A program made the translations under genes and the position numbers. A stretch of DNA of 64,000 bases from Mustelus asterias (lineage: Eukaryota): the NCBI RefSeq assembly GCF_964213995.1, contig NW_027590293.1, forward strand, positions 1-64,000, in the 5' to 3' direction. Below the pieces are notes generated by a model. The model searched no databases and was not told the DNA's origin. It was given only the letters and a program-made list of their open reading frames with translations. Positions within the stretch are counted from its first letter, which is position 1; each line of letters opens with the position of its first letter. Of this stretch, positions 13,216-24,829 are shown in pieces.

Positions 13216-13940
13216 GTTCATAAGATATTGGAGCAGAATTAGGCCATTTGGCCCATCGAGTCCGCTCCGCCATTCGACCATGGCTGATATGCTCCTCATT
13301 CCCATTTTCCTGCCTTCTCCCCGTAACCAGTTAAAAATCTGTCTAACTCCTCCTTAAATTTACTCCCTGTCCCAGCATCCAATGCACTTCGGGGTAGCGA
13401 ATTCCAGATTCACAACCCTTTGGGAGAAGTAGTTTCTCCTCAACTCTGTTTTAAATTCGCTACCCCTTATCCTAAGACTATGACCTCTTGTCCTAGAATG
13501 CCCCACAAGAGGAAGCATCCACTCCATGTCTACTTTATCCATACCTTTTATCATCTTGTGTACCTCAATTTGATCTCCCCTCATTCTTCTAAATTCCAGA
13601 GAGTATCGGCCTATCTCTCTTCATACGACAAACCCGACATCTCTGGAATCAATCTGGTGAACCTCCTCTGAACTGCCTCCAATGCCACTACATCTTTCCT
13701 CAAATAAAGGGACCAAAACTGTGCACAATACTCCAGGTGCGGCCTCACCAATGCCTTGTATAGTTCCTTACATTTATATTCTAATCCTTTAGCTATAAAT
13801 GCCAACATTCCATTCACTTTCTTTATAATCTGCTGTACCTGCATGCTAGTTTTCTGTGACTGGTGAACGAGGACACCTAGATCCTTCTGCACTGGAGCAC
13901 CCCAAAGTCGCTCCCCATTTAGATAATAAATCGCCTTCCC
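13216..13940 (-). mobile_element. CR1/HER1-like LINE 3' portion
   Basis: ORFs DLGVLVHQSQK...LVRPHLEYCAQFWS and RGHSLRIRGSEFKTELRRNYFSQRVVN. Confidence 0.9.
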
Positions 13941-14269
13941 AACACTCCAGCCCAGACAACATGCTGGTGACTCTCCTCTGCACTCTTTCTAGTACAATCA
14001 CATCCTTCCTATAGTGTTCCTCAGTGTTACGTTCTGTCTGATTCTGTCAGTTGATGTTTCTGAGATTCACCTTGGGACACTCTCCTACATTAAGGTCTGA
14101 TATAAATCAAAGTTATTTTTAAATCACATTGTAACAGACTGGGGAAGTCAGGATTAAAACAATATCTACGTAAATGGAGTTTGGTCACAGATCAGCCGTG
14201 ACCCCAGTCAATAAGAGAACAGGCTCAAGGGGGATAAATGATTTCCTCCTGTTCCCAAGAAACTTGGGC

Positions 14270-14875
14270 TCAAACACCAGCTGATGACTGGAAAGTGATG
14301 GGAGACCTGGGGGGGGAAAAACACTTCACCAGAAACCAGCACTGGAGCAGAGTTAGAGAGTGGGAGAGGCCCGGGGGGGGGAGAGAGAGAGAGAGAGAGA
14401 GAAACAACACAGGAAATGGAGTAGCTCATTCAGCCTTTTGAGTCTGCTCTGTCATTCAGTTAGACTCTGGCTGATTAATTAGTCTTTCTGAACTTGAAGA
14501 ACAAATACCTGAACAGTTAACTCCAGCTGGTTATAGGGTTATTAACAGCAGCAGAAACACACCACAGCTGAATGAAACACCAGCTGATAAATGGAAAGCC
14601 TGTTCCTGTGCTGTACTTTTCTTTGTTCTTAACTGGGGAGAAGACACTTCACCAGGAACCAGCGATGGAGCAGAGTTAAAGAGTAGGACAGTCCTGTGGA
14701 CAGACTACTCAGGAAATGGAATAGGTTGTTCAGCCCTTCAAGTCTGCCCTGTTATTCAATTAGACCCTGGTTGATCCATTTGTCTATCTGAACTTGAACA
14801 AATATCTGAATTGTTAACTCAAGCTGGTTACAGCAGTTATTAACAGCAGCAGAAACACACCATAGCTATCAGAAT
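14270..14875. repeat. ~300-bp imperfect tandem duplication downstream of ZNF-3
   Basis: aaacaccagctgat...acacttcacca...caggaaatgga...ttaacagcagcagaaacacacca occurs twice. Confidence 0.75.
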
Positions 14876-14908
14876 GAAAATGAGTCAGTGCAGGATGTGA
14901 TTACCTGT

Positions 14909-15336
14909 TCAATAACTGGGGAATCTGCCTCCAGAAGACTTGTGAACTCGCTGGTGTCTCATTAGGTTTTGTGACTGAGTGAATCTGTTCCCACACATGG
15001 AGCAGGTGAACGGCCTTTCCCCAGTGTGAGCACGCTTGTGTTTCAGCAGGTGAGATGAACTGCTGAATCCCTTCATACACACAGAGCAGGTGAATGGCCG
15101 CTCCCCAGTGTGAAGTCGCTGATGAGTGCGAAGGTTGAACATTCGACTAAAACTCTTCCCACACACGGTGCAGATGAACAGACTCTTCCCAGTGTGACTG
15201 CGCTGATGTGCTTCCAGCTGGGATGGAGAACTGAATTCCTTCCCACAGTCCTCACATTCCCATGGGTTCTCTATGGTGTAGATGTCCTCGTGTCTCTCCA
15301 GGTTGGATGATTTAATGTGTGTATATTTCAAATATC
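14909..15336 (-). pseudogene. ZNF-3, 4-finger C2H2 ORF lacking its family start codon (probable pseudogene)
   Basis: Four intact fingers; family accATGgagaaacc start reads accATAgagaacc; leader deleted right after acceptor ttttacag|gatatt at 15336. Confidence 0.55.
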
Positions 15337-16049
15337 CTGTAAAAGGAGTTTAGAAACATCATCACTGTCAGTACGGGATTGAAATTCAGAACAGACATTT
15401 CTACTTTCTGTGGAACATAGTTTCCTCACTTGTTCCTGTAAAGCAGTAAATCCTCATCCTGAACACTTTCCCACCTCCCTGTCCTGCAACCAACTCCCAC
15501 ATTGAACAACCATCTCATATTTCAATGATTGTCCCGTGTTTGAGTCCAGTGTGCCAGGCTGCATGGCGCATGGGTGCTGTTTCACCCATAAGATGGATCT
15601 GTGCAGCACCCTCTTCCAACTGTTCTGGCTGCCAACCAGCCCGTGTCCACCCACACAGTTCCAGCAGCACCGCGCACAATACTGCTCACCTGCTCCAACA
15701 GACTCATGAAGGATGTCCTTTCATTTTCTCTGAGAGAGTTGGTCAGCCTGGCAAACCCAGTGTGAAATATCTTCACAAATCTTTTCTCCCACCATCTATT
15801 CTGGCTGGGTTCAGTTCTCTTTTGTACAGAGTGAAAATAAAATCAAACAATTATTTTCTCTCCTGGTCACTGCAGGGAGTTGCAGCTTTTTACTGGGGGT
15901 GTTGGGGCCTCCAGCGGGTGTTTGTGAATCCTCCCCGCCCACCTCCCAGGGTTTCATTCCTTCCCAGATCAGAGTCCTCATTGATTTGAGGCCAAAGTGT
16001 AACCTCTCATTTATTGTCCCCCTCCCCCATCCTCTGATGTGAACCATCC

Positions 16050-16670
16050 TCCAGTGGCTGAGCCAGGATGGGGCCGTTAACCTGGGCCTGTTCCCGGGAG
16101 GGAGGGAGAAGCCCCGCAGCTGCAAACCAGGGAGCTGACAATGATTCTGAAGGGTTTGCGGATCCACAAAGTGTTTCCAAATCCTCCCAGCCACCGCCTA
16201 ACGCTGACTCCGCTTCTCCGGGACAAACAAGCGCCAAGGACAGCAATGACACTGCGCATGCTCCCGCATCACAATGCCCGGGTCTGATTGACGGCAGCTC
16301 CGGACCAATAGGAAGAGGGGGCGAGGCTGGAGGACCGAGCGGGAACGGCTGGTCCTCCAACCAATCGGAGTGAATGAGGGGCGGGAACTGAAACATGCGC
16401 AGTGCGGGTAATGGCGACGGACGGATGGTTTTAATTTGGAAGCGAGATCAATACGAGGTAGAGGGCGGCGCGCGGGGAATGATAAATGTGGCGGGTGGGT
16501 GGAGAGACTTTGTAAACATGTTGTTCAAACCCAAACCCCGGAAATGAACTTCCCGGTCCCCCCCTTTGTACCAAATGGAGCGGCAGGTTGTAGTGTTAGA
16601 CCCGGGCTGACTGCCGCCATTGAGGCTGCATGTGGGAGGCCGGCAGGGATTGTGATCGGAGAGCGAAGCC
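16050..16670. promoter_or_regulatory. CpG-rich promoter P2 (NRF1-like, 2x CCAAT, GC boxes, YY1-like)
   Basis: actgcgcatgctc ~16251, ccaata ~16305, ccaatc ~16361, ggggcggg ~16378, catgcgcagtgcg ~16394, gccgccatt ~16613; paralogous to P5. Confidence 0.75.
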
Positions 16671-16671
16671 C

Positions 16672-17006
16672 TGACGTCACAATGGAATGGGTGAGGGTGT
16701 GACATCACAATGGAATGGGTGAGAGTGTGACGTCACAATGGAATGGGTGGGAGTGTGAGGTCACAATGGAATGGGTGAGGGTGTGACGTCACAATGGAAT
16801 GGGTGAGAGTGTGACGTCACAATGGAATGGGTGAGAGTGTGACGTCACAATGGAATGGGTGAGAGTGTGACGTCACAATGGAATGGGTGAGAGTGTGACA
16901 TCACAATGGAATGGGTGAGAGTGTGACGTCACAATGGAATGGGTGAGGGTGTGATGTCACAATGGAATGGGTGAGGGTGTGATGTCACAATGGAATGGGT
17001 GAGGGT
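16672..17006. repeat. 28-bp minisatellite x12, each unit carrying a CRE (TGACGTCA or variant)
   Basis: Unit tgacgtcacaatggaatgggtgagagtg; 7 perfect CREs, 2 TGACATCA, 2 TGATGTCA, 1 TGAGGTCA. Confidence 0.95.
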
Positions 17007-17054
17007 TCCAGATGAGCTGAGACTGGGCTGGAGTCGGGCGATGTCACTGACATG

Positions 17055-17350
17055 TGGCCCGGTGGCACAGTGGTTAGTGCAGCTGCCTAACAGCGCCAGG
17101 GACCCGGGTTCAATTCCAGCCTCGGGTCGCTGTCTGTGCAGAGTTTCTACATTCTCCCCGTGTCTGTGTGGGTTTCCTCCGGGTGTTCCGGTTTCCTTCC
17201 ACAGTCCAAAGATGTGCCGGTTAGACGGATTGGCCACGATAAATTGCCACTTGGTATCAGGGGGATTAACAGGTAAATATGTGGATAGGGCCTGGATGGG
17301 ATTTTTGTCAGTGCAGGCTCGATGGGCTGAATGGCCTCCTTCTACACTGT
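17055..17350 (+). mobile_element. HE1-like SINE
   Basis: ggtggcacagtggttagtg A-box, gggttcaattcc B-box, V-domain. Confidence 0.85.
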
Positions 17351-17781
17351 ATTTTATTATTCATTATTATTAATTAATTACTATTAATGCTTCTATAAAT
17401 GAAGGTGGTCTTGATGATGATGTGGACATGTGGCTGGAAGCTCACCTTGGGATGAACTATTTCACACTGGTTGTGAACAGGCTGGTTCAGCCTCAACCAG
17501 TTGCCAGGAGGAGAGATAAAGTTGTTGGCAAGGGAGTGGAGTTTGTAGTGGGGACTGAACACAATGGGTTCAGTCTTCCCAGTATTTATATGAAATAAAT
17601 TTCTGTTCTTTCAGTACTGGATGTCAGACAAGTCAGGATGGTGTGTGAGTTGGAGAGGAACTTGGAGCTGATGGTGTTCACAGGGTTTGGAAATTCTGTC
17701 AAAGTTCCTGTTGAGTTGTAGATGTATAAAATCTCTCTCCTCCCCTCCGGTCTCTCCTACTTGTCTCTGTTTCCACTCAGA

Positions 17782-18172
17782 GTGTGGAGATGCCTGCGTT
17801 GGACTGGGGTAAGCACAGTAAGAAGTCTCACAACACCAAGTTAAAATCCAACAGGTTAATTTGGTAACATAACCCACAGGCTTTCGGAGCGCTGCTCCTT
17901 CATCAGGTGAGTGGGAGTTCTGTTCACAAACAGGGCATCTAAAGACACAAACTCAATTTTCAAGATAATGGTTGGAATGCGAGTCTTTACAGGTAATCAA
18001 GTCTTAAAGGTACAGACAATGTGAGTGGAGAGAGGGTTAAGCACAGGTTAAAGAGATGTGTATTGTCTCCAACCAGGACAGTTAGTGAGATTTTGCAAGC
18101 CCAGGCAAGTTGTGGGGGTTACAGATAGTGTGACATGTCCCAAGATCCCGGTTGAGGCCATCCTCATGTGTG
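17782..18172 (-). mobile_element. Penelope-like element 3' end (ORF end + pLTR with hammerhead-like core)
   Basis: Reverse complement encodes ...HEDGLNRDLG and resembles 24040-24399; CTGATGAAGGAGCAGCGCTCCGAAA at ~17882-17906. Confidence 0.8.
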
Positions 18173-18419
18173 ATTGACAGATCCATGCTCACTGCTTCCT
18201 GCCCTGGAGGCAGAGAGCTGAAAATTTCCATGCCAGCTGCCAGACAGATAAATGTCCACATTACTGGAGTAAAAATGTGTGGAATATACAGACCAAATTC
18301 ACTTCATTCCCTTCAGTTGCTGCAAGTCCCCAATTTCCCCCAGAATGAGAAAAGAAATGGAAAGGGGGAAACATTGATTTCCTCCCAGATGTTGTCCAGA
18401 GGAGGGAGTTTCACTCTGA

Positions 18420-18860
18420 AGCTCATTGGCCAACTTCTGCATTGTGACGTCACAATGGAGCCCTGCCTGAATCAGCCAATAGGAGTCACTCTGCTCCGCG
18501 GTGATGTCTCCGGGTTCCAGTGCGCAGGCCCGGGCGCGCGGACCCGGGAGCCCCGCCCCCACCCATTGTTCCCCTCCCCTTACACCTCCTTGAGTCAAGG
18601 TTTCCAGGCAACCGGCTGGCGGCTCCGGCCAGAACAAGAAGCCGCTCGGTGAGCTCCCCCTCCCCCTGGCCCAGGACTTCACATGTGCGAGGGAGAGGGG
18701 AAGCTGCGCATGTGCAGGGGAGAACCCACCCTCTGATCTTCATGCTGAGGTGTTGACCAATGGGAAGAGTTGGAGGACCGGAAGGATTCTGGTCTTCCGG
18801 CCAATCTGAGCACAGGCTTTGTGTGAATGAAGATTGATCTTCAGACTGACTGATACTTCC
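18420..18860. promoter_or_regulatory. CpG-rich, likely bidirectional promoter P3 with 18-bp CRE palindrome
   Basis: cattgtgacgtcacaatg perfect palindrome 18440-18457, CCAAT boxes, tgcgcatgtgc; flanked by inverted copies of one module (18297-18370 vs 18899-18973); putative donor ct|gtgagt at ~18878. Confidence 0.75.
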
Positions 18861-19519
18861 TCCTGTCGCTAATATCTGTGAGTAAAACACTTTCTTTTCT
18901 CCCCCTTACCATTTCTTTTCTCATTCTGGGGGAAATTGGGGACTTGCAGCAACTGAAGGGAAAGGAAGTGAATCCAGGGAGGGTGCAGACTCTGGAAAGG
19001 TTGGCCCAGGTCTCTCTCTCTCTCTTAAACCAGAAAATGATCCATTTCTGCCCACTGTTTGCTGTAAGCCAATCTTCTATCCACGCCAATATGTCATCCC
19101 CACAGCATGAATTTTTATTTGCTGCAATAACCTTTGATGTGGCAACTCATCAAATGTCTTCTGGAAATCTAAGGACAGCACATCCACCGGTTTCCCTTTA
19201 TCCAATTCCCGATGGGGAATTTTAGAAAATTGAACAACACATCAACTATCTCACTCTGTTAAGACTCGAGAATGAAGCCCAGCAGGACCCGAGGACTCAT
19301 CAGCCCACAGCTCCAACAGTTTGCTGAGGACCACTTCCCTGGGAATTGTGCTTTTTCAGAGTTCATCCCACACTTCTGTTTTCTGATTTCCAGTTGTTTC
19401 TGAGTTTTAACTGTATCCTCTCTTGTGAACACCGAGGCAAAATACTTGTTCAATTCATCTCCCAGCTCCTTATTTTTCATTCTCAATTCCTGGACTCACT
19501 TTCTATTAGACAGTTAAGA

Positions 19520-21290
19520 AATGAGGTGGAGCAAGTGACTGAAGTGTCAGTCAGGGAGCACTATTGGGAGCAACAATAGTTTCAAAATAGTTCTGGAAAA
19601 AGATAGGACAGGTCCACAGGTCAAGGCCCTAAACTGGAGCAGGGCCACTTTTGTGGGCATTAGGCAGGATCTCGCAGATGTCGATTAGGTGAGTTTGTTT
19701 GAAGGGAAAGGAATGACTGGCAAATGGGAGGTTTTAAAAGTGTGATAAAGAGTCCAGGGGCAGTATATTCCTGTCAGGATGAAGGGAAAGAATGGTAAAT
19801 TTAGGGATCCCTAGCTGACAAGGGACATTGAGGCTCTGGTCAGGTAAAAGAAGGAAGCATACATTGGGTTTAGACAATCGGGGACAAGTGAATCACTCGA
19901 TGACTCTTAAAAGTGTAAGAGAACACTTAAGAGGGTATGATATGGATCTGGCAGGTAAAGTTAAAGGAAATTTAACTTTAACACAGTCCAAAGATGTGCG
20001 GGTTAGGTTGATTGGCCATGATAAAATTGCCCCTTAGTGTCCTGAGATGAGTCGGTTAGAGGGATTAGCGGGTAAATATGTCGGGATATGGGGGTAGGGC
20101 CTGGGTGGGATTGTGGTCGGTGCAGATTCAATGGGCCGAATGGCCTCTTTCTGCACTGTAGGGATTCTATGAAAATACCAAGAGGTTCTATCGCGATACT
20201 AACAGTAAAATTGTGGCGAGAGAGAGAGAATAGGTCCCCTTAAAAATCAGCATGGCCATCTGAGGATGGAGTCACAGGAGATGGGTGCGATTTTTAATGA
20301 ATATTTCTCCTTGGTGTTTCCTGAGGAGAACATGATGGATGCTGAAGAAATAAGAGAAAGAAGCTGTGATGTCTTGGACCACATGCATATTACTAGGGAG
20401 GAGGTATCTGCAGCCTTAAAGTGCATTAAGGTGGATAAATCCCCTGGGTCTGATCAAGTATATCTTCAGATCTTGTGGGAGGCTCAGGAAGGAATTACAG
20501 AGCCCCTGGCAGAGATATTTGTTTCATCTCTTTCTACTGGTGAAGTTCTGGAAGAATAGAACACGCTAATGTTGTTCTGTTGTTTAAGAAGCGTAGCAAA
20601 GAGAAGCCTGGGAATTATAGGCCGGTAGTCTGACATCAGTGGTGGGTAAGTTACTGGAGGGGATTGTGAAGGACAGAATCTACCAACATTTGGATTCTGA
20701 CGGTGTGATTAGGGATAGTCAGCACCGCTTTGTGCACGGGAAGTCATGTCTGACAAATCTTTGATTGTTTTCCGAAGAGGTAATCCAGAGGATGGATGAG
20801 CAGGGCCACTTTTGTGGGCATTAGGCAGGATCGAGCAGATGTTGATTAGGTGAGTTTGTTTGAAGGGAAAGGAATGACTGGCAAATGGGAGGTTTTAAAA
20901 GTGTGATATCAAGAATCCAGGGCAGTATATTCCTGTTAAGATGCAGGGAAAGAATGGTAAATTTAGGGATCTCTGGCAGACAAGGGACATTGAGGCTCTG
21001 GTCGGGTAAAAGAAGGAAGCATACATTGGGTTTAAAGATTAAAGAAAATTCCAAGAGGTTCTATAGCTATATTAAGAGTAAAAGGGTGGCTAGAGAGAGA
21101 ATAGATCCCCTTAAAAATCAGTATGGCCATCTGTGTGTGGAGCCACAGGAGATGGGTGAGATTTTTAATGAATACTTCTCCTCTGTGTTTACTGCGGAGA
21201 GCACCATGGGTGCGAAAGAAATAAGGGAAACAAGTGATGATGTCTTGGGCACACGCATGTTACTTGGGAGGAGGTATCTGCAGCCTTATA
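19520..21290 (+). mobile_element. Degraded CR1-type LINE ORF2 middle with internal tandem duplication and nested HE1 (19982-20171)
   Basis: Fragments KENSKRFYSYIKSKRVARERIDPL, FNEYFSSVFT, LKCIKVDKSPG; 19637-19873 repeated at 20798-21033. Confidence 0.8.
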
Positions 21291-21476
21291 AAAGCAAATT
21301 ACTGCGGATGCTGGAATCTGAAACCAAGAGAGAAAATGCTGGAAAATCTCTGCAGGTCTGGCAGCATCTGTAAGGAGAGAAAAGAGCTGATGTTTCTTGT
21401 CCAGATGACCCTTTGTCAAAGCTCTGAAACATCAGTTCTTTTCTCTCCATACAGATGCTGCCAGACCTGCTGAGAA
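21290..21476. repeat. Palindromic repeat family P
   Basis: gcaggtctggcagcatctgta...gatgtttc and gaaacatcag...tacagatgctgccagacctgc are inverted arms. Confidence 0.75.
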
Positions 21477-21961
21477 TGGGGAGAGAGTGTGTGGAATGGA
21501 GATTTACAGCTTCTGGGGAATGAGAGAGGAAAGAATGTTCCATAGAAATTGTCTGTTCTGAATTTCTATCCTGTACTGACACTGATGACTTTTGGAAACT
21601 CATTTTACAGGATATTGAAAGAGGAATCACAGGTTGAAATCTCAAACGTCACGTCTCGATCTGACAGAGTCTTATTCCTTGGGAGCTGAATATCATCGGA
21701 CTTTGAATCCAGAAGGAGAAATGATTGTCCGGTCTGTTGATTTGAAAAGATTTCAAACATCAGTGTGACTGGAAAAGCACCAACACACTGTCACACTCGA
21801 GTGAGAGTGTTCCAATGCACTGACTAAAGAGCTTTAACCAGTTACACAGCCTGAATAAATATCACACCATTCACAGCGGGGAGAGACTGTAATCTTGTTC
21901 TGTGTGTGGACAAAGTTTCAACTAATTGTCCACCCAAGAGAGTGGCAAGGACACCTGCACC

Positions 21962-22552
21962 ATGGAGAAACCGTGGAAATGTGCGGACTGTGGGAAGAGA
22001 TACGGATACCCATCTGAGCTCGAAGCGCATTGGCGCAGCCACACTGGGGAGAGGCCGTTCACCTGCTCTCAGTGTGGGGAGGGATTCAGTGATTCATCCG
22101 GCCAGCAAAGACACCAGCGAGTTCACACTGGGGAGAGACCGTTCACCTGCTCTCAGTGTGGGCAGGGATTCACTCAGTCATCCAACCTGCGGACTCACCA
22201 GCGAGTTCACACTGGGGAGAGACCATTCACTTGTTCTCAGTGTGGGAAGGGATTCAGTAATTCATCAGGCCTGCGAAGACACCAGCGAGTTCACACTGGG
22301 GAGAGACCATTTACCTGCTCTCAGTGTGGGAATGGATTCACTCAGTTATCCAGTCTGCGGACACACGAGCGAGTTCACACTGGGGAGAAACCATTTATGT
22401 GCTCTCAGTGTGGGAAGGGATTCACTGACCTCTCAAACCTCTGCACACACCAGCGAGTTCACACTGGGGAGAGGCCATTCACCTGCTCTGTGTGTGGGAA
22501 GAGATTCAGAGTTTCATCCCACCTGCTGAGACACCAACAAGTTCATGAGTGA
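21962..22552 (+). CDS. Tandem C2H2 zinc-finger protein ZNF-4, 7 fingers
   Basis: accATGg Kozak start MEKPWKC; intact ORF to TGA; acceptor ttttacag|gatatt at 21610. Confidence 0.88.
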   Translation: MEKPWKCADCGKRYGYPSELEAHWRSHTGERPFTCSQCGEGFSDSSGQQRHQRVHTGERPFTCSQCGQGFTQSSNLRTHQRVHTGERPFTCSQCGKGFSNSSGLRRHQRVHTGERPFTCSQCGNGFTQLSSLRTHERVHTGEKPFMCSQCGKGFTDLSNLCTHQRVHTGERPFTCSVCGKRFRVSSHLLRHQQVHE

Positions 22553-23530
22553 TTCCAGGGGTTGGATTCTGCTGTTATTGTTTCTGCTCTCAATTACATC
22601 CAGGATTGCATTTTGTTCATTCTCACAGTTGGTCAATGGGGAGGGTCGGAGGGTTTCTTTCTGTTGGACTGGTCGGTCTCACAACTTTGCCTCCAGTGGG
22701 CTGATGCTCCTTGAGTCTTGTTGCGAATACCTGGTTTCAAATTTCACATGGATCACAGAGCGACAGAGTGTGAGGAAGTTCAGAGATATTTAGTCAGCAT
22801 TTCTGTTTGAAACCCCCCCCAAACGCCCATCCAATTTCCTTTGTAATTGTTTATGTCTCCACTTCCTCCACCCTCGTAGGCAGTGAGTTCCAGGTCATTA
22901 CCATTCGCTGCATCAAAATATTCTTCCTCACATCACCCCCCCCTCCCCTCAACTGCATCTCTGATCCAAAACCTTAAATCTGTCTCCCCCTCATCCTTGT
23001 CCCATCAGCTAATGGGAACAGCTTTTCTTTGTCCACCTTATCTAAACCTGTCAGAATCTTGTCACCTCCATCAAATCTCCCCTCAACCTCCTTTGCTCCA
23101 AGGGGAACAACCCCAGCCTGACATTGACAATAAAGAACAAACTAACAGAATATGTTAATACCTGAAATCAAATGGGAATGTTTAATTTCTGTTTTAAAGA
23201 TATTGTGAATATATTGTCCTGGACAATAAAGAAATTGGAATAACTCACCTTGGGTGTGGTTGAATGGAATATATCAATCTGGTATCCACCTACATTCTCC
23301 CTCTCTAACAGCATTGTGGGTGTACTGACACCTGAGGCATTGTAGCAGTTCAAGAAGGCAGAGTTGGGTTGACCATGGCCGAGGAAGCTACAGACAGCCA
23401 CATATTCTGTTATAATCGAAGGACTGCCGATTGAATGTGAGGCATTATGGGACTGGACTATCTTGACCATATTCCTGTAACTTCTCAGTTTCTGCAATCA
23501 TGAACCATTAAAGCTGCTTAGCAGGGTCCT

Positions 23531-24399
23531 TGATGAAGACGAACATCTCGCCAAGGCCATCCCCACACCCCCACTTCTTGCCTTCAAACAACCGCACAAC
23601 CTCAAACAGACCATTGTCCGCAGCAAACTACCCAGCCTTCAGGAGAACAGTGACCAAGACACCACACAACCCTGCCACAGCAACCTCTGCAAGACGTGCC
23701 GGATCATCGACACAGATGCCATCATCTCACGTGAGAACACCATCCACCAGGTACACGGTACATACTCTTGCAACTCGGCCAACATTGTCTACCTGATACG
23801 CTGCAAGAAAGGATGTCCCGAGGCATGGTACATTGGGGAAACTATGCAGACGCTGCGACAACGGATGAATGAACACCGCTCGACAATCACCAGGCAAGAC
23901 TGTTCTCTTCCTGTTGGGGAACACTTCAGCGGTCACGGGCATTCGGCCTCTGATATTCGGGTAAGCGTTCTCCAAGGCGGCCTTCGCGATACACGACAGC
24001 GCAGAGTCGCTGAGCAGAAACTGATAGCCAAGTTCCGCACACACAAGGACGGCCTCAACCGGGATATTGGGTTCATGTCACACTATCTGTAACCCCCACA
24101 GTTGCGTGGACCTGCAGAGTTTCACTGGCTGTCTTGTCTGGAGACAATACACATCTTTTTAGCCTGTCTTGATGCTCTCTCCACTCCCATTGTTTTGTTT
24201 CTTAAAGACTGGATTGGTTGTAAGTATTTGCATTCCAACCATTATTCATGTAAATTGAGTCTGTGTCTTTATAAGTTCTGTTTGTGAACAGAATTCCCAC
24301 TCACCTGAAGAAGGGGCTTAGAGCCTCGAAAGCTTGTGTGGCTTTTGCTACCAAATAAACCTGTTGGACTTTAACCTGGTGTTGTTAAACTTCTTACTG
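23531..24399 (+). mobile_element. 5'-truncated Penelope-like retroelement with GIY-YIG endonuclease ORF (23532-24092) and pLTR
   Basis: Open frame ...PCHSNLCKTC...VYLIRCKKGCPEAWYIGETMQTLRQRMNEHR...GLNRDIG; 12-bp TSD tagcagggtcct at 23519-23530 and 24400-24411. Confidence 0.9.
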
Positions 24400-24829
24400 T
24401 AGCAGGGTCCTGACAGAGGACCTGGTGAGAATATTTACTCAGAATGAGTTAGAATTAAACTTATTCCAGGACCAGCTGGTGTTCAGCGGCTGAGATTCCT
24501 GAATCTGTAAAAAAGGGGTCCGACCAATCAACAAACAGTGGTAGGTAGTTGGTTAAGAAGTTAAAAAGCATTCTGAGGCATTGCTTAACCTATCGTCAAT
24601 TTGTGATCAGAACTGTGAGGGACTTGTGACCCGATAGTCGGTGAAGTGATGGTATTCTCCAAGTAGCACTGGTCTGAAAAGCAGATCTCTGAGAGTAGAT
24701 TTTAACAGTTATAATCCTATCCACGCATGGCCAGTGAAAAACCAGAGCTCGAGTGGGGACTGGACAAGTCTCTTACCTGCCATTTGGAAACTAAGAACAA
24801 GAAGCTTATAGATAAAATGATTAGAGAAT

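Noticed and set aside
15811-16708. Protein-coding ORFs over CpG promoters (also 18152-18890, 29143-29881, 40195-40895, 61187-61768)
   Set aside because: GC-rich sequence lacks stops by composition; frames are not preserved between paralogous promoters
16672-17006. CRISPR-like array
   Set aside because: Units are contiguous with no unique spacers, no cas genes, and the DNA is vertebrate; the same applies to the arrays at 29880 and 33410
18173-18240. Conserved spliced uORF MEIFSSL.PGQEA joined to the terminal exon
   Set aside because: ATG is absent in the 36915 copy and the joined frame stops within five codons in ZNF-5, so not conserved
21906-22529. Alternative-frame ORFs such as ([20 protein letters not shown])n and ([10 protein letters not shown])n, and antisense MNSLV ORFs
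   Set aside because: Predictable by-products of repetitive C2H2 codon usage seen at every ZNF locus
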